Notes: a model not told the origin generated them from the sequence alone. 32,000 nucleotides of DNA from Erysipelothrix larvae (GCF_001545095.1 NZ_CP013213.1:2430001-2462000); one strand, 5' to 3'; counted from the first letter of the stretch, positions 1 to 8,086 are shown. Translations and numbers: made by a program.

Positions 1-599
1 ATTTCTGGAGACCAAACTACAGTGAAGTTGCATTTGTACAAGGAAAGTTCTCCAATGAACAGTACAGTCGTTTCTTCCACCAAACTTTTGATGATTATAG
101 AGCAATGACAGGGCGTGGCTTCGATGACTTCCAAGCACTGTGCTTCCATATCCCTTATACAAAATTAGGGTTGAAAGCATTGAAATCTGTTGTTGATGAG
201 GACAGTCATTTCCTAGACATCTTCCAAAAGAGCATCACCTTTAATCGACGTGTTGGTAATATCTATACTGGTTCAGTATTTTTAAGCTTATTATCATTAC
301 TTGATTCAGGACACTTAAAAGGAAATGATCGCATTGGGTTGTTTAGTTATGGTTCTGGGGCAGTTGGTGAATTTTTCTCTTTGTTAACTGTTGAAGGATA
401 TGAAAATAATATCCCACACGATATCGAAGAAAATCTTGATAAGCGAATTAAACTGACTCGAGAAGAGTATGAAACAATGTATCCAAGCGAACTTCCTACA
501 GATGGTTCGCGCTACATTATTGATGACTCAAATGATCAGAGTTTCTGTGTGCTTGAAGGTATTGACAGTCATATAAGACTGTACAAAACCAAAGGATAA
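1..599 (+). CDS. mvaS: HMG-CoA synthase, C-terminal part (5' end outside window)
   Basis: The frame is open to the window edge (first full codon at 3: FWRPNYSEVAFVQGKFSNEQY...), upstream of the track Met at 105. Motifs FHIPYTKLGLKAL, NIYTGSVFLSLLSLL and RIGLFSYGSGAV match the C-terminal half of Gram-positive MvaS as I remember it. TAA at 597-599. Confidence 0.85.
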   Translation, partial: FWRPNYSEVAFVQGKFSNEQYSRFFHQTFDDYRAMTGRGFDDFQALCFHIPYTKLGLKALKSVVDEDSHFLDIFQKSITFNRRVGNIYTGSVFLSLLSLLDSGHLKGNDRIGLFSYGSGAVGEFFSLLTVEGYENNIPHDIEENLDKRIKLTREEYETMYPSELPTDGSRYIIDDSNDQSFCVLEGIDSHIRLYKTKG

Positions 600-611
600 A
601 TAGATTGTTTG

Positions 612-653
612 AAACACCATCAGGTCTGTCGTTAGACTAAATGGTGTTTTTTT
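612..653 (+). terminator. Rho-independent terminator after mvaS
   Basis: aaacaccat (612-620) pairs with atggtgttt (641-649), with an inner gtct/agac stem, followed by a T-run to 653. Confidence 0.7.
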
Positions 654-844
654 AATTGACACCATCGGATCCAATGATTAACTCCAATTCCTAATTGTTA
701 ACCTCAAATCCTTAAGCATACGTAACTAAGTAATCGAACAATTGATCCATTGCACCATCAAAGATGATGGATCAATACAAACCAAAAAGATACGGTTGAC
801 TAAAAAATAATGATATTTTTATGATATATAAAAGAGAATGACAC

Positions 845-1117
845 TCACGATTCTTCGTGATCATCATTCTCTTGTTCATATTCTAGTGTATCTTTTAGTT
901 CCATTAACATTTCGCTATTATGCATCGTTGCAGCGATGAGTTCACCCAATCCCCACAAAATCGCAAACCCAAATAAGGATACTGCAGAACCAAGAATAAC
1001 TACGCCTGGCGCATCTTCAAGTTGTGCGATTAGATAACTAAAAAATAACCCTACTATCAACACAATAAACGCAAATGTTAAGAATATAATCCGGATGGTC
1101 TTCATCCTTTTTGCCAT
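845..1117 (-). CDS. small 2-TM membrane protein with acidic C-terminal tail (unknown function)
   Basis: ORF-track 845..1123. The ATG at 1117 is preferred because aaaaaggaga lies 7 nt upstream; the track start is a TTG. Two hydrophobic helices (IIFLTFAFIVLIVGLFFSYLI, VVILGSAVSLFGFAILWGLG) and the tail LEYEQENDDHEES. Confidence 0.55.
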   Translation of the reverse strand: MAKRMKTIRIIFLTFAFIVLIVGLFFSYLIAQLEDAPGVVILGSAVSLFGFAILWGLGELIAATMHNSEMLMELKDTLEYEQENDDHEES

Positions 1118-1153
1118 AACCAAATCTCCTTTTTAAAATCGGTAATTACTCCT

Positions 1154-1330
1154 TTATTCAGCAGTATAGAAACATGCCTTTGGAGATGTAATCAACCCTT
1201 CTTTTTTCAATTCCTTAAATGCTTTATCAACCTCTTTGCGATCAATCTCCAGTATTTCCACAACGTTTACTGCTTTAAGTGGTTTATCTGATTCTTTAAG
1301 CAATTTTAAAACTCTATCTTTGTTGTCCAT
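1154..1330 (-). CDS. 58-aa winged-helix DNA-binding protein (sORF below the ORF-track length cut-off)
   Basis: My own translation of the minus strand: ggagggataaac ATG, then MDNKDRVLKLLKESDKPLKAVNVVEILEIDRKEVDKAFKELKKEGLITSPKACFYTAE, then TAA (1156-1154). Good RBS. The pattern resembles small stand-alone wHTH proteins common in Clostridia/Erysipelotrichia. Confidence 0.6.
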   Translation of the reverse strand: MDNKDRVLKLLKESDKPLKAVNVVEILEIDRKEVDKAFKELKKEGLITSPKACFYTAE

Positions 1331-1440
1331 GTTTATCCCTCCAACATAATATAATTATATTTTATACCCACAGAAGAAGCAAGCGAAGTTGGTGTTCTCA
1401 CGTTTTTTCACATACAAATTGTGAATATAAAGTGCACCTC

Positions 1441-1469
1441 AACAAAATATCCCGCAGTTGCCTACGGGA
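1441..1469 (-). terminator. Rho-independent terminator after the NagB-family gene
   Basis: Minus strand: UCCCGUAG-GCAA-CUGCGGGA (8 bp including one G-U, GNRA-like loop), followed by UAUUUUGUU. Confidence 0.55.
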
Positions 1470-1474
1470 CTTCT

Positions 1475-2212
1475 TCATTTATATTGATTGATTGTTATTT
1501 CATCAAGCTCAGATGCAGCCTCAGAATCGATTAAAATCGTTATTTTTGGATGAAGCGGGAGAATGCTTGCGGGAACTAAAGGATCCACAGGCCCTCCTAA
1601 AATACGTTTTATAATATCTGCCTTTTCTTTACCATTCGCAATTAACAGGATATTTTTTGTGTTCATCACACTTCGCGGTCCCATCGTAACATATGTATCT
1701 GGATACTCTTGTGGATCACTAAAATGAAATTCACCGACATTCTGACGCATTGCATCTGACATAACTACTTGTGTAGTTTGGTCAAAAAACTGTGTTGTAT
1801 TTGGTAAGTTTCCACAAAAATGTCCATCTGCACCGACTCCTAAGAGTATGAAGTCCATACCACCTCGGCTTTGAATCAAATGATCGTGTGCTTTGTAATT
1901 CGTTTCATCAAGTCGGTGAATGTTTTCTTCTGGTATATTAGCAGGTGTAAAGAAATAGCTTCTTAAATCACTGATGGTAATTCCTTCACGCTTAGATCGC
2001 TTGTAGGCAATCTCATCAAAATTATAGAATGTCGTATTATAAGATATATTCAACCCACTCATTTTTGTCACTAACTTCTCATACATCAAAGCAGGTGTTC
2101 TTCCACCAGTAATCGCAATATTTTGATTTTCTGGGCTCAGTATATAACCCAACAGAATATTACTAGCGATTTCGCTCATTTCTTCATACGTTTTCGTTAT
2201 TATTAATTTCAT
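1475..2212 (-). CDS. glucosamine-6-phosphate deaminase / 6-phosphogluconolactonase family protein (NagB-like)
   Basis: Motifs ITGGRTP, LLGVGADGHFCGNLP and C-terminal ITILIDSEAASEL resemble NagB-family proteins. Start moved to MKLIITK (ATG 2212), which is preceded by aaaggaag. Confidence 0.7.
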   Translation of the reverse strand: MKLIITKTYEEMSEIASNILLGYILSPENQNIAITGGRTPALMYEKLVTKMSGLNISYNTTFYNFDEIAYKRSKREGITISDLRSYFFTPANIPEENIHRLDETNYKAHDHLIQSRGGMDFILLGVGADGHFCGNLPNTTQFFDQTTQVVMSDAMRQNVGEFHFSDPQEYPDTYVTMGPRSVMNTKNILLIANGKEKADIIKRILGGPVDPLVPASILPLHPKITILIDSEAASELDEITINQYK

Positions 2213-2323
2213 AAGTCTTCCTTTCATTTAGTTTATTCAAACTATCCCTATGAAGACTATATCAACGATTCCGACTAAAATAAACGAACCCTTCTTCATG
2301 AATTTAAATAAAACCCATACTTT

Positions 2324-2647
2324 TTAAACCTTTTTTTTCTTTGGTTTTGGCTCAGGAAGTGCTTTATATGTTTCTATGACAAAATCTGTTAGCTTACTTC
2401 TGTCATCAAGACTTTCAATAACATAATAGGGTTTTGCGCCTGGATAAGGTGGTGCCATACTCAATCCTTCCCATACTATTGCTCCTGCTTGGGTTGGTTT
2501 TACAAACAACTGATCTTCACATATAAGTCCAATAATTTTGCCATTACAATATACGCCAAACTCACCAAACATTCTTTTATAGGTTATCATTCCAGCATCT
2601 TCCATCTGGTCACATACATATTCAACAAATTCTAATGATGAAGCCAT
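2324..2647 (-). CDS. TfoX N-terminal-domain family protein
   Basis: MASSLEFVEYVCDQM...MFGEFGVYCNGKIIGLICEDQLFVKPT is typical of the TfoX_N domain. Lys-rich tail. Start at ATG 2647, preceded by aaaagaggg. Confidence 0.6.
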   Translation of the reverse strand: MASSLEFVEYVCDQMEDAGMITYKRMFGEFGVYCNGKIIGLICEDQLFVKPTQAGAIVWEGLSMAPPYPGAKPYYVIESLDDRSKLTDFVIETYKALPEPKPKKKKV

Positions 2648-2712
2648 AAGAACCCTCTTTTCTAACACCACAATTATACATCGTGTATTTCGTATTATCT
2701 AGGGACAACGGT

Positions 2713-3330
2713 TCAAAAATGAGTGATTCTTAGATCCTTAAAGAATCCTTGAGTACCAACATCGACCCATAATCCAATGCTTCCTTTTTGATGAGCCCCT
2801 AGTTTTAAGTCATTCACAATCAGAACTGGATATTTTGAGTTGTGTAGATACAGTTTTGCACGTGTATCGATGACTTCAATCTTGAAATCAATCCACTCAT
2901 CCAACCCCATATCTGCATAAGACTCATACTCTCCAGGTGCTTCGATTCGCAATTGATTATATTTATGATTTGGATAGGAAAAATATTGTGTTGAGCAGTT
3001 TCTTCGTTTTTGTAGTTCACATCGTCCATTGGTTGGTCTAATATAAATACTTTCAAACTGTGTATCATCCTCATTGATACGAAAGGCAAGCCCAATAAAA
3101 CCTCTCGCAAGCTCGGGTGCATCTTGTAGAATTCTACTCAACACTTTGACTTTGATAATACCGTTGTGAAAATCGCAGTTTAATAATTTCGCATAGGTAG
3201 GTTCGTCATACTCAATGATGTGTTCGCCTTTAAGTACACAGATAGCTTGTTCTCCTTCCAACATTTCTGTCGTGATTTCAGTATTAATTGGCAAATAGAT
3301 TTCATCTTGAAAATGTACAGTCTTGTCCAT
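2713..3330 (-). CDS. hypothetical protein, probably a ConA/LamG-like jelly-roll (DUF1080-like) domain
   Basis: 205-aa ORF with RBS. The pattern GFIGLAFR...IYIRPTNGR...QYFSYP...WIDFKIEV...AKLYLHN...GSIGLWVDVGTQGFFKDLRI suggests a beta-sandwich lectin/glucanase-like fold. The functional call is weak. Confidence 0.5.
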   Translation of the reverse strand: MDKTVHFQDEIYLPINTEITTEMLEGEQAICVLKGEHIIEYDEPTYAKLLNCDFHNGIIKVKVLSRILQDAPELARGFIGLAFRINEDDTQFESIYIRPTNGRCELQKRRNCSTQYFSYPNHKYNQLRIEAPGEYESYADMGLDEWIDFKIEVIDTRAKLYLHNSKYPVLIVNDLKLGAHQKGSIGLWVDVGTQGFFKDLRITHF

Positions 3331-3439
3331 CGATAATCATCCTTTCTTCTTATACATACTACCCTAACGCCTCAAGTGCTACAAGTACCCACTTTAAGGT
3401 TCGTAACGTACTTTAAATGGAAAGAATTGAAAATCGGAT

Positions 3440-3492
3440 AATAAAAAGGCAGTTGTGACTCATGTGTTTAACTCATGAGTCACAACTGCCTT
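3440..3492 (-). terminator. terminator after ndk-like gene (19-bp perfect stem)
   Basis: aaggcagttgtgactcatg (3446-3464) is the exact reverse complement of catgagtcacaactgcctt (3474-3492). On the minus strand a T-run follows. Confidence 0.7.
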
Positions 3493-3515
3493 CATATTAT
3501 TCATATACTGATTCT

Positions 3516-3998
3516 TTAAAGATATTCACGCCACAAAGTAAGCTCACGCTCTTTGCTTTCAAATGAATCTGATGCATGGATTAGATTATTCACTAAGCGG
3601 TTTTGTGCTCCGGCTTTATCATAATCGTCATCACTTAAGTCGCCACGAATTGTTCCTTCTGCAGCGTTGGCTGGACTGGTAGCACCAACGAGTTTTCGAG
3701 TGTATTCAATGATATCTTCATCACCACTATAGCTTACACACATTGGCATGATTGTGTGTGGACCATAGTAATAAAACGAGTTGAAGAGTTTTCCCGGGAA
3801 ATTGAAAGCAGGATCCATTTTATCGATAACTTCACCATAATGTTCAATTAGTGTTTTCATAACATCGAGATCAACATTTACTGTTTTTGAAGATTCAATG
3901 ACTAAATGTGCACCTTTAAGTCTTTTTAGTATATCTTCCTGGTGATTACTCCTAAAAGCATCCGGCTTTAGCATTAAAAATGTTGTTTGTTTTGTCAT
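3516..3998 (-). CDS. ndk: nucleoside-diphosphate kinase-like protein (divergent)
   Basis: FLMLKPDAF at the N-terminus, GTIRGD, and NLIHASDS (the canonical motif is N..HGSDS with the catalytic His). It is longer than canonical Ndk, with an insertion. RBS gaggagg. Confidence 0.65.
   Translation of the reverse strand: MTKQTTFLMLKPDAFRSNHQEDILKRLKGAHLVIESSKTVNVDLDVMKTLIEHYGEVIDKMDPAFNFPGKLFNSFYYYGPHTIMPMCVSYSGDEDIIEYTRKLVGATSPANAAEGTIRGDLSDDDYDKAGAQNRLVNNLIHASDSFESKERELTLWREYL
3789..3802. promoter_or_regulatory. candidate Noc-binding site (NBS) inside ndk
   Basis: TTTTCCCGGGAAAT versus the B. subtilis NBS consensus ATTTCCCGGGAAAT. The 12-nt palindromic core TTTCCCGGGAAA is perfect. It is a GC-rich palindrome in an AT-rich genome that encodes Noc. 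Confidence 0.5.
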
Positions 3999-4011
3999 AA
4001 GATACGACCTC

Positions 4012-4041
4012 CTCTAATAAAAAGACCTTACGAAAGGTCTT
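4012..4041 (-). terminator. terminator after darA
   Basis: aagacctt-acga-aaggtctt stem-loop (4022-4041) overlapping the darA stop codon. On the minus strand UUUUUAUU follows. Confidence 0.6.
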
Positions 4042-4363
4042 ATAGTTTATGGAATTGTTCGACGTCAACTACGAATACTGTTGCACCGCCTACTGGTACT
4101 TCAATAGGGAATGATGCATAACGTCCGATATCGTACGAAGCACTAGAAGGTACAATTTCTGTACGTTTCTTACACTCAGTTCCAATGATATCAAGAGCCT
4201 TTGGTACGTTATCATCTTCTGTACCAATTATAATGGTTGTATTTCCAGCGCGAAGAAATCCACCTGTAGTCGCAAGGCGTGTTACCGAAAAATTCTCTTT
4301 TGTTAATGCTGATGAAACACTTGAAGCGTCATCATTTGATACGATTGCTAAAATTAATTTCAT
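4040..4363 (-). CDS. darA: PII-like cyclic-di-AMP receptor protein DarA (YaaQ/PstA family)
   Basis: MKLILAIV...FSVTRLATTGGFLRAGNTTIIIG...VPVGGATVFVVDVEQFHKL aligns closely along its whole length with B. subtilis YaaQ/DarA as I remember it. RBS aggagg. Confidence 0.85.
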   Translation of the reverse strand: MKLILAIVSNDDASSVSSALTKENFSVTRLATTGGFLRAGNTTIIIGTEDDNVPKALDIIGTECKKRTEIVPSSASYDIGRYASFPIEVPVGGATVFVVDVEQFHKL

Positions 4364-4556
4364 GAAGGTTACCTCCTAACTAAGCTAATTATATCACATA
4401 ATATTTAAGTATATACGAACTTTGAATGATTTCAAAGTGTAAATTTAGTTTTTCACACAGCCGAAAACAACCAACTGAACCAGCTAAATAACAGGAATAC
4501 GTTTCTTAGTATAAGCTCTATGATCTCCTAAAAAAGTTCAATTGGATTTTAATGAA

Positions 4557-5026
4557 AAATATCCAAATCAAAAACGATCGCCGATCAAAAGAGAATGGTT
4601 GATTACTCAGAGCAGTACGATGACAGTTTCTCAATTGCTAGTAGTAAAATTGAATTAAGTGATTCGGAACTAAGAAATATATACAGAGGGCTTTGGAAAA
4701 TAGAAGAATCATTTAAGGTTATAAAAAGTGAGTTTAAGTGAAGACCTGTATTTTTTGAGTGTTGAGGAGCCTATTAAAGCACATTTTTGATTTGCTTTGT
4801 TTCCCTGGTAGTTTACAGTATTCTAGAACACACATTAGGTAATGTCTACTCACCAAAAACAAACCGGAAATCCCTTATAGGTTACAGTTGCTCTCAAGCG
4901 CATGAACACTATTATTTGATTATCGTGATCATGTTATAAAAAGCTTTAGCAAACGTGTTCAAGGTAGACTTTAGTAGAAAATACCTAAGCAAATCAGAAA
5001 TTATTAATATTTTGAAAAGCACGTAA
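4557..5026 (+). pseudogene. decayed C-terminal remnant of an IS1634/IS4-family DDE transposase
   Basis: Translation gives ...ELRNIYRGLWKIEESFKVIKSEFK*RPVF, then after frameshifts SVEEPIKAHF / LICFVSLVVYSILEHTLG, and later VDFSRKYLSKSEIINILKST*. The YRGLW.IEE.F...K......RPV...........HF..CF...... signature is characteristic of this transposase family. There are at least two stops and two frameshifts, and the N-terminal two thirds are absent. Confidence 0.7.
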
Positions 5027-5061
5027 TTAACGTCCATTATACAATGGTCTCTACCAAAAAG

Positions 5062-5106
5062 AAAACCTCGAAATGTAGGCTTTTAATGCCTATATTTTGA
5101 GGTTTT
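5062..5106. terminator. long hairpin between the IS remnant and rpiA (terminator-like, usable on both strands)
   Basis: aaaacctcgaaatgtaggc (5062-5080) pairs with gcctatattttgaggtttt (5088-5106). That is 19 positions, two of which are G-U on the plus-strand RNA and mismatches on the minus-strand RNA. A-run upstream, T-rich downstream. Confidence 0.5.
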
Positions 5107-5156
5107 ATTACTTTTAATCTGCAAAACTTAAGATGTTATTTTCACAAATTTTACTC

Positions 5157-5831
5157 TTAATCTCGCGTAAATGTTTTAATACCATCCATAGAGGCAACTA
5201 TCACAATATCCGCAATATCTAAGAAAAGTCCATGTTCTACAACACCCGATGTATTATCCAATTGTTTTGCAAGTTCATATGGATTCTCAATAGACTCTAG
5301 GTGACAGTCAATAATGTAATTATTTGAGTCTGTAATATAGCGCCCTGTTTCTGATGGTCTGATTACTGGACTGTATCCCTTTTTCTCAAATTCCTTGAAT
5401 AGAAGGTCTGTTGCGAAAGGGACAACTTCTATGGCCAGTGGAAATCGCCCTAATGTATCGACACATTTGCTTTCATCACAAATCCAAATGTTTGTATTAG
5501 TGTGGTTAGCAACGACTTTTTCAAATAAAAGTGCTCCCCCACCGCCTTTGATTCCATTAAGATCTTGGTCAAATTCATCGGCACCATCTACAGTAATATC
5601 GATATAGGGCACTTCATGTACTTCTTTTACATCAATCCCTAAGCTCTCAGCTTGTTCTTTTGATCGGGTGGAGGTTGGAACACCCACAATGTTGAGTCCC
5701 TCTTCATTCACGCGACGACCCAATTCTTCAATGATATAGTATGCTGTAGATCCAGTCCCTAGGCCAACTACCATGCCATCGAGAATATATTCACTTGCTT
5801 TTAATGCAGCTGCTTTTTTTAGTTCACTCAT
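5157..5831 (-). CDS. rpiA: ribose-5-phosphate isomerase A
   Basis: GLGTGSTAYYIIEELG, VDGADE and KGGGGALLFEKVV are RpiA signature motifs. The ATGA overlap with the upstream gene indicates translational coupling. Confidence 0.9.
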   Translation of the reverse strand: MSELKKAAALKASEYILDGMVVGLGTGSTAYYIIEELGRRVNEEGLNIVGVPTSTRSKEQAESLGIDVKEVHEVPYIDITVDGADEFDQDLNGIKGGGGALLFEKVVANHTNTNIWICDESKCVDTLGRFPLAIEVVPFATDLLFKEFEKKGYSPVIRPSETGRYITDSNNYIIDCHLESIENPYELAKQLDNTSGVVEHGLFLDIADIVIVASMDGIKTFTRD

Positions 5832-6376
5832 AGTGTTCGCTCCCTTAAATATTCCCTAACTTTTGTTTTTGCATCATCTTGTATCTCAACAACTTCTGCA
5901 CCTCTTGATTTCGCAAGGACCCGTAAGTCATGCGCGATTGCTGTATGAAATGATGCGCCAATTACCAAGAAAACATCCCCACTTTGTAGTTCATTCACCA
6001 TTTCGTATGCTTTTGCATAATTTGGTGCAGGATCTTCATAAAGAACGGGTTTGTTCGTAAGTTGTGATGCATACACCAACTCTTCGTCAGTCGGTAAGGT
6101 ACCATGTAATGTTAATGGATTTGACCCTGCCAATTCATGTAAACCATCAATGTTCATAGTGATTATTGGAATGTTGTACTCAAAGAGGGCATGGTGGGCA
6201 TCGTTGGGCTTTTTATCACGCATCGAATTCACAAGCTGTGTGATCGTTTCGTTATAAGCTTGTGGATGTTGATTGGCAAACGAACGAAATAAACGTGCTC
6301 TTACTTCTGGTTTTTCCATAAAGGTGCTAATTCCAGAATCCTTACTGATTCCAGCTCCTGTAAATGCAAGTATCAT
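5828..6376 (-). CDS. Sir2-family NAD-dependent deacylase-like protein, short form with no zinc-ribbon module
   Basis: GAGISKDSGISTF (canonical GAGIS.ESGIPTF), ITMNIDGLHELAG (canonical QNIDGLH..AG), LHG with the catalytic His, and VFLVIGASF. It is only 182 aa and contains no Cys at all. RBS aaggagg. Confidence 0.65.
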   Translation of the reverse strand: MILAFTGAGISKDSGISTFMEKPEVRARLFRSFANQHPQAYNETITQLVNSMRDKKPNDAHHALFEYNIPIITMNIDGLHELAGSNPLTLHGTLPTDEELVYASQLTNKPVLYEDPAPNYAKAYEMVNELQSGDVFLVIGASFHTAIAHDLRVLAKSRGAEVVEIQDDAKTKVREYLRERTL

Positions 6377-6415
6377 TGTCAGCCTCCTTATAAAAAATCT
6401 TTTGTTTCCAAAAGA

Positions 6416-7282
6416 TTAGTGTTCAATTAAATTAAGTGTTTCAAGAATACGGTTTAAATCTTCATCATCTTCAAATCGAATGGACACTGTATTCTTATCA
6501 ATATTTACACGTGTTTGAAGTTTCTTTTCGAATAGTGTTTTAGCATATGCGTAATGTTTAGTATTGTCATCTTTTTTAGGTGTTGGTTTCTCAGGTTGTT
6601 TGACAAGTTTCTCAACTTGACGTGCTGATAAGTCACCCTTCTTAATCTCTTTAGCAAGCCGTTCGATTTCCTTTGAGTCGTCCAATGTAATTAATGGTCG
6701 AACTTGTCCCATTGTAAGATCACCCTGGTTAACCATCATTTGAACGGATTCGGGAAGCTTCAACAAGCGTAATAAATTTGCGATATGACTTCTTGACTTG
6801 TGGACGCGTTTGGCAACCTCATCCTGTGTTAAATTGAGACGTTCCATCAACAATTGATAGCCATGTGCTTCATCGATAACACTGAGATCTTCACGTTGAA
6901 CGTTTTCCACAAGTGCTATTTCCATCATTTGTTGGTCATCAAAACCAACAACAATCGCACTTATTTCTTTGAGTCCTGCAAGTTTACTTGCGCGTAGACG
7001 ACGTTCTCCTGCAATTAATTCATAGCCTTTGTTGCTTTCTCTTACGAGTATTGGTGTGAAGAGTCCATGTTCCTTAATTGAATCTGCGAGTTCTTGTAGT
7101 TTCGCATCATCAAAATGACGGCGTGGTTGATATGGGTTAACACGAATCGTGTTGACCTTAAGCGATGTTTTTACACCCCCATATTCGTCATGTGACCCTG
7201 TTTGAATCTCTTCTAATACAGATGAAACATCATCACCAAATATGGCCCCTAGACCCTTCCCTAAACGATTACGATCAGACAT
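6416..7282 (-). CDS. parB: chromosome partitioning protein ParB/Spo0J
   Basis: ParB N-domain motifs NPYQPR and LIAGERRLRASKLAG, then an HTH (LTQDEVAKRVHKSRSHIANLLRLLKLP). It lies immediately downstream of parA. Confidence 0.9.
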   Translation of the reverse strand: MSDRNRLGKGLGAIFGDDVSSVLEEIQTGSHDEYGGVKTSLKVNTIRVNPYQPRRHFDDAKLQELADSIKEHGLFTPILVRESNKGYELIAGERRLRASKLAGLKEISAIVVGFDDQQMMEIALVENVQREDLSVIDEAHGYQLLMERLNLTQDEVAKRVHKSRSHIANLLRLLKLPESVQMMVNQGDLTMGQVRPLITLDDSKEIERLAKEIKKGDLSARQVEKLVKQPEKPTPKKDDNTKHYAYAKTLFEKKLQTRVNIDKNTVSIRFEDDEDLNRILETLNLIEH

Positions 7283-7283
7283 C

Positions 7284-8066
7284 TTACTTCACCTCTTCTT
7301 TATTGTAGTTGAGGACTTCTTTTGCAAGTGCTGCATAGGCTTTGGCACCTTCTGAACGTACATCATATTCAAAAATTGATGATCCTCGTGATGGTGCTTC
7401 ACTCAACTTAATATTTCTCGGTATATTACTCTTATAAACGCGTTCTTTAAAGTATTTTCGTACTTCTTGTTGAACTTCAACACTGAGTCGTGTTCTGACA
7501 TCGAACATCGTCAGTAACACCCCTTCAATTCTGAGCTCAGGGTTGAAGAGCTTTTGTACAAGTCGAATAGTGGAGAGAAGTTGTGTCAACCCTTCAAGTG
7601 CATAGTATTCACATTGCACAGGGATAATAACTGAGTCTGCTGCTGTTAATGCGTTGGTATTAAGGAGTCCAAGTGATGGTGGACAATCGATAATGATGAA
7701 GTCATACGCATCACGCACTTCTAACAGTTTATTTTTTAGTAAACGTTCTCTTCCTACTTTAAACTCAACCATTTCAAGGTCTGCACCTGCTAAGTCAATG
7801 GTCGCGGGGATTAAATCAAGTGGGGGTGTTTTGAGTGTTTGCACTACATCCCGCACTTGTGTATCTTGCCCTAATAATAAATCATATGTACTCTTTTTAA
7901 TTGTGCTACGGTTTGCGCCTACACCTTGAGTCGTATTCCCTTGTGGATCTAAATCAATCAAGAGTACACGTTGCCCTAAATACGCTAAGCCAGCTGCAAG
8001 ATTAATACTTGTAGTTGTCTTACCAACGCCCCCCTTTTGATTCGCTATGGCGATAATTTTACCCAC
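7284..8066 (-). CDS. parA: chromosome partitioning ATPase ParA/Soj
   Basis: Deviant Walker A motif KGGVGKTT, plus IIDCPPSLG. GTG start at 8066 preceded by gaggtg. Confidence 0.9.
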   Translation of the reverse strand: MGKIIAIANQKGGVGKTTTSINLAAGLAYLGQRVLLIDLDPQGNTTQGVGANRSTIKKSTYDLLLGQDTQVRDVVQTLKTPPLDLIPATIDLAGADLEMVEFKVGRERLLKNKLLEVRDAYDFIIIDCPPSLGLLNTNALTAADSVIIPVQCEYYALEGLTQLLSTIRLVQKLFNPELRIEGVLLTMFDVRTRLSVEVQQEVRKYFKERVYKSNIPRNIKLSEAPSRGSSIFEYDVRSEGAKAYAALAKEVLNYNKEEVK

Positions 8067-8086
8067 TTAACTCACCTCAGATCTTC

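Noticed and set aside
612-667. Three copies of the acaccat/atggtgt segment (612-620, 641-649, 659-666) that could form alternative hairpins (attenuator-like)
   Set aside because: The elements lie downstream of mvaS with no plus-strand gene to regulate. A simple terminator plus a chance third copy is the more economical reading.
796-830. Plus-strand promoter-like TTGACT followed by AT-rich -10-like hexamers
   Set aside because: No plus-strand ORF or structured RNA follows it, because the next genes are on the minus strand. It is probably fortuitous in AT-rich DNA.
1154-1330. Possible Z-alpha (Z-DNA-binding) domain in the 58-aa wHTH protein
   Set aside because: The spacing resembles Z-alpha (KKE..R....L.K.G), but the key Asn, Tyr and Trp contact residues are not conserved (D, K and F/Y instead). 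A generic wHTH is the safer call.
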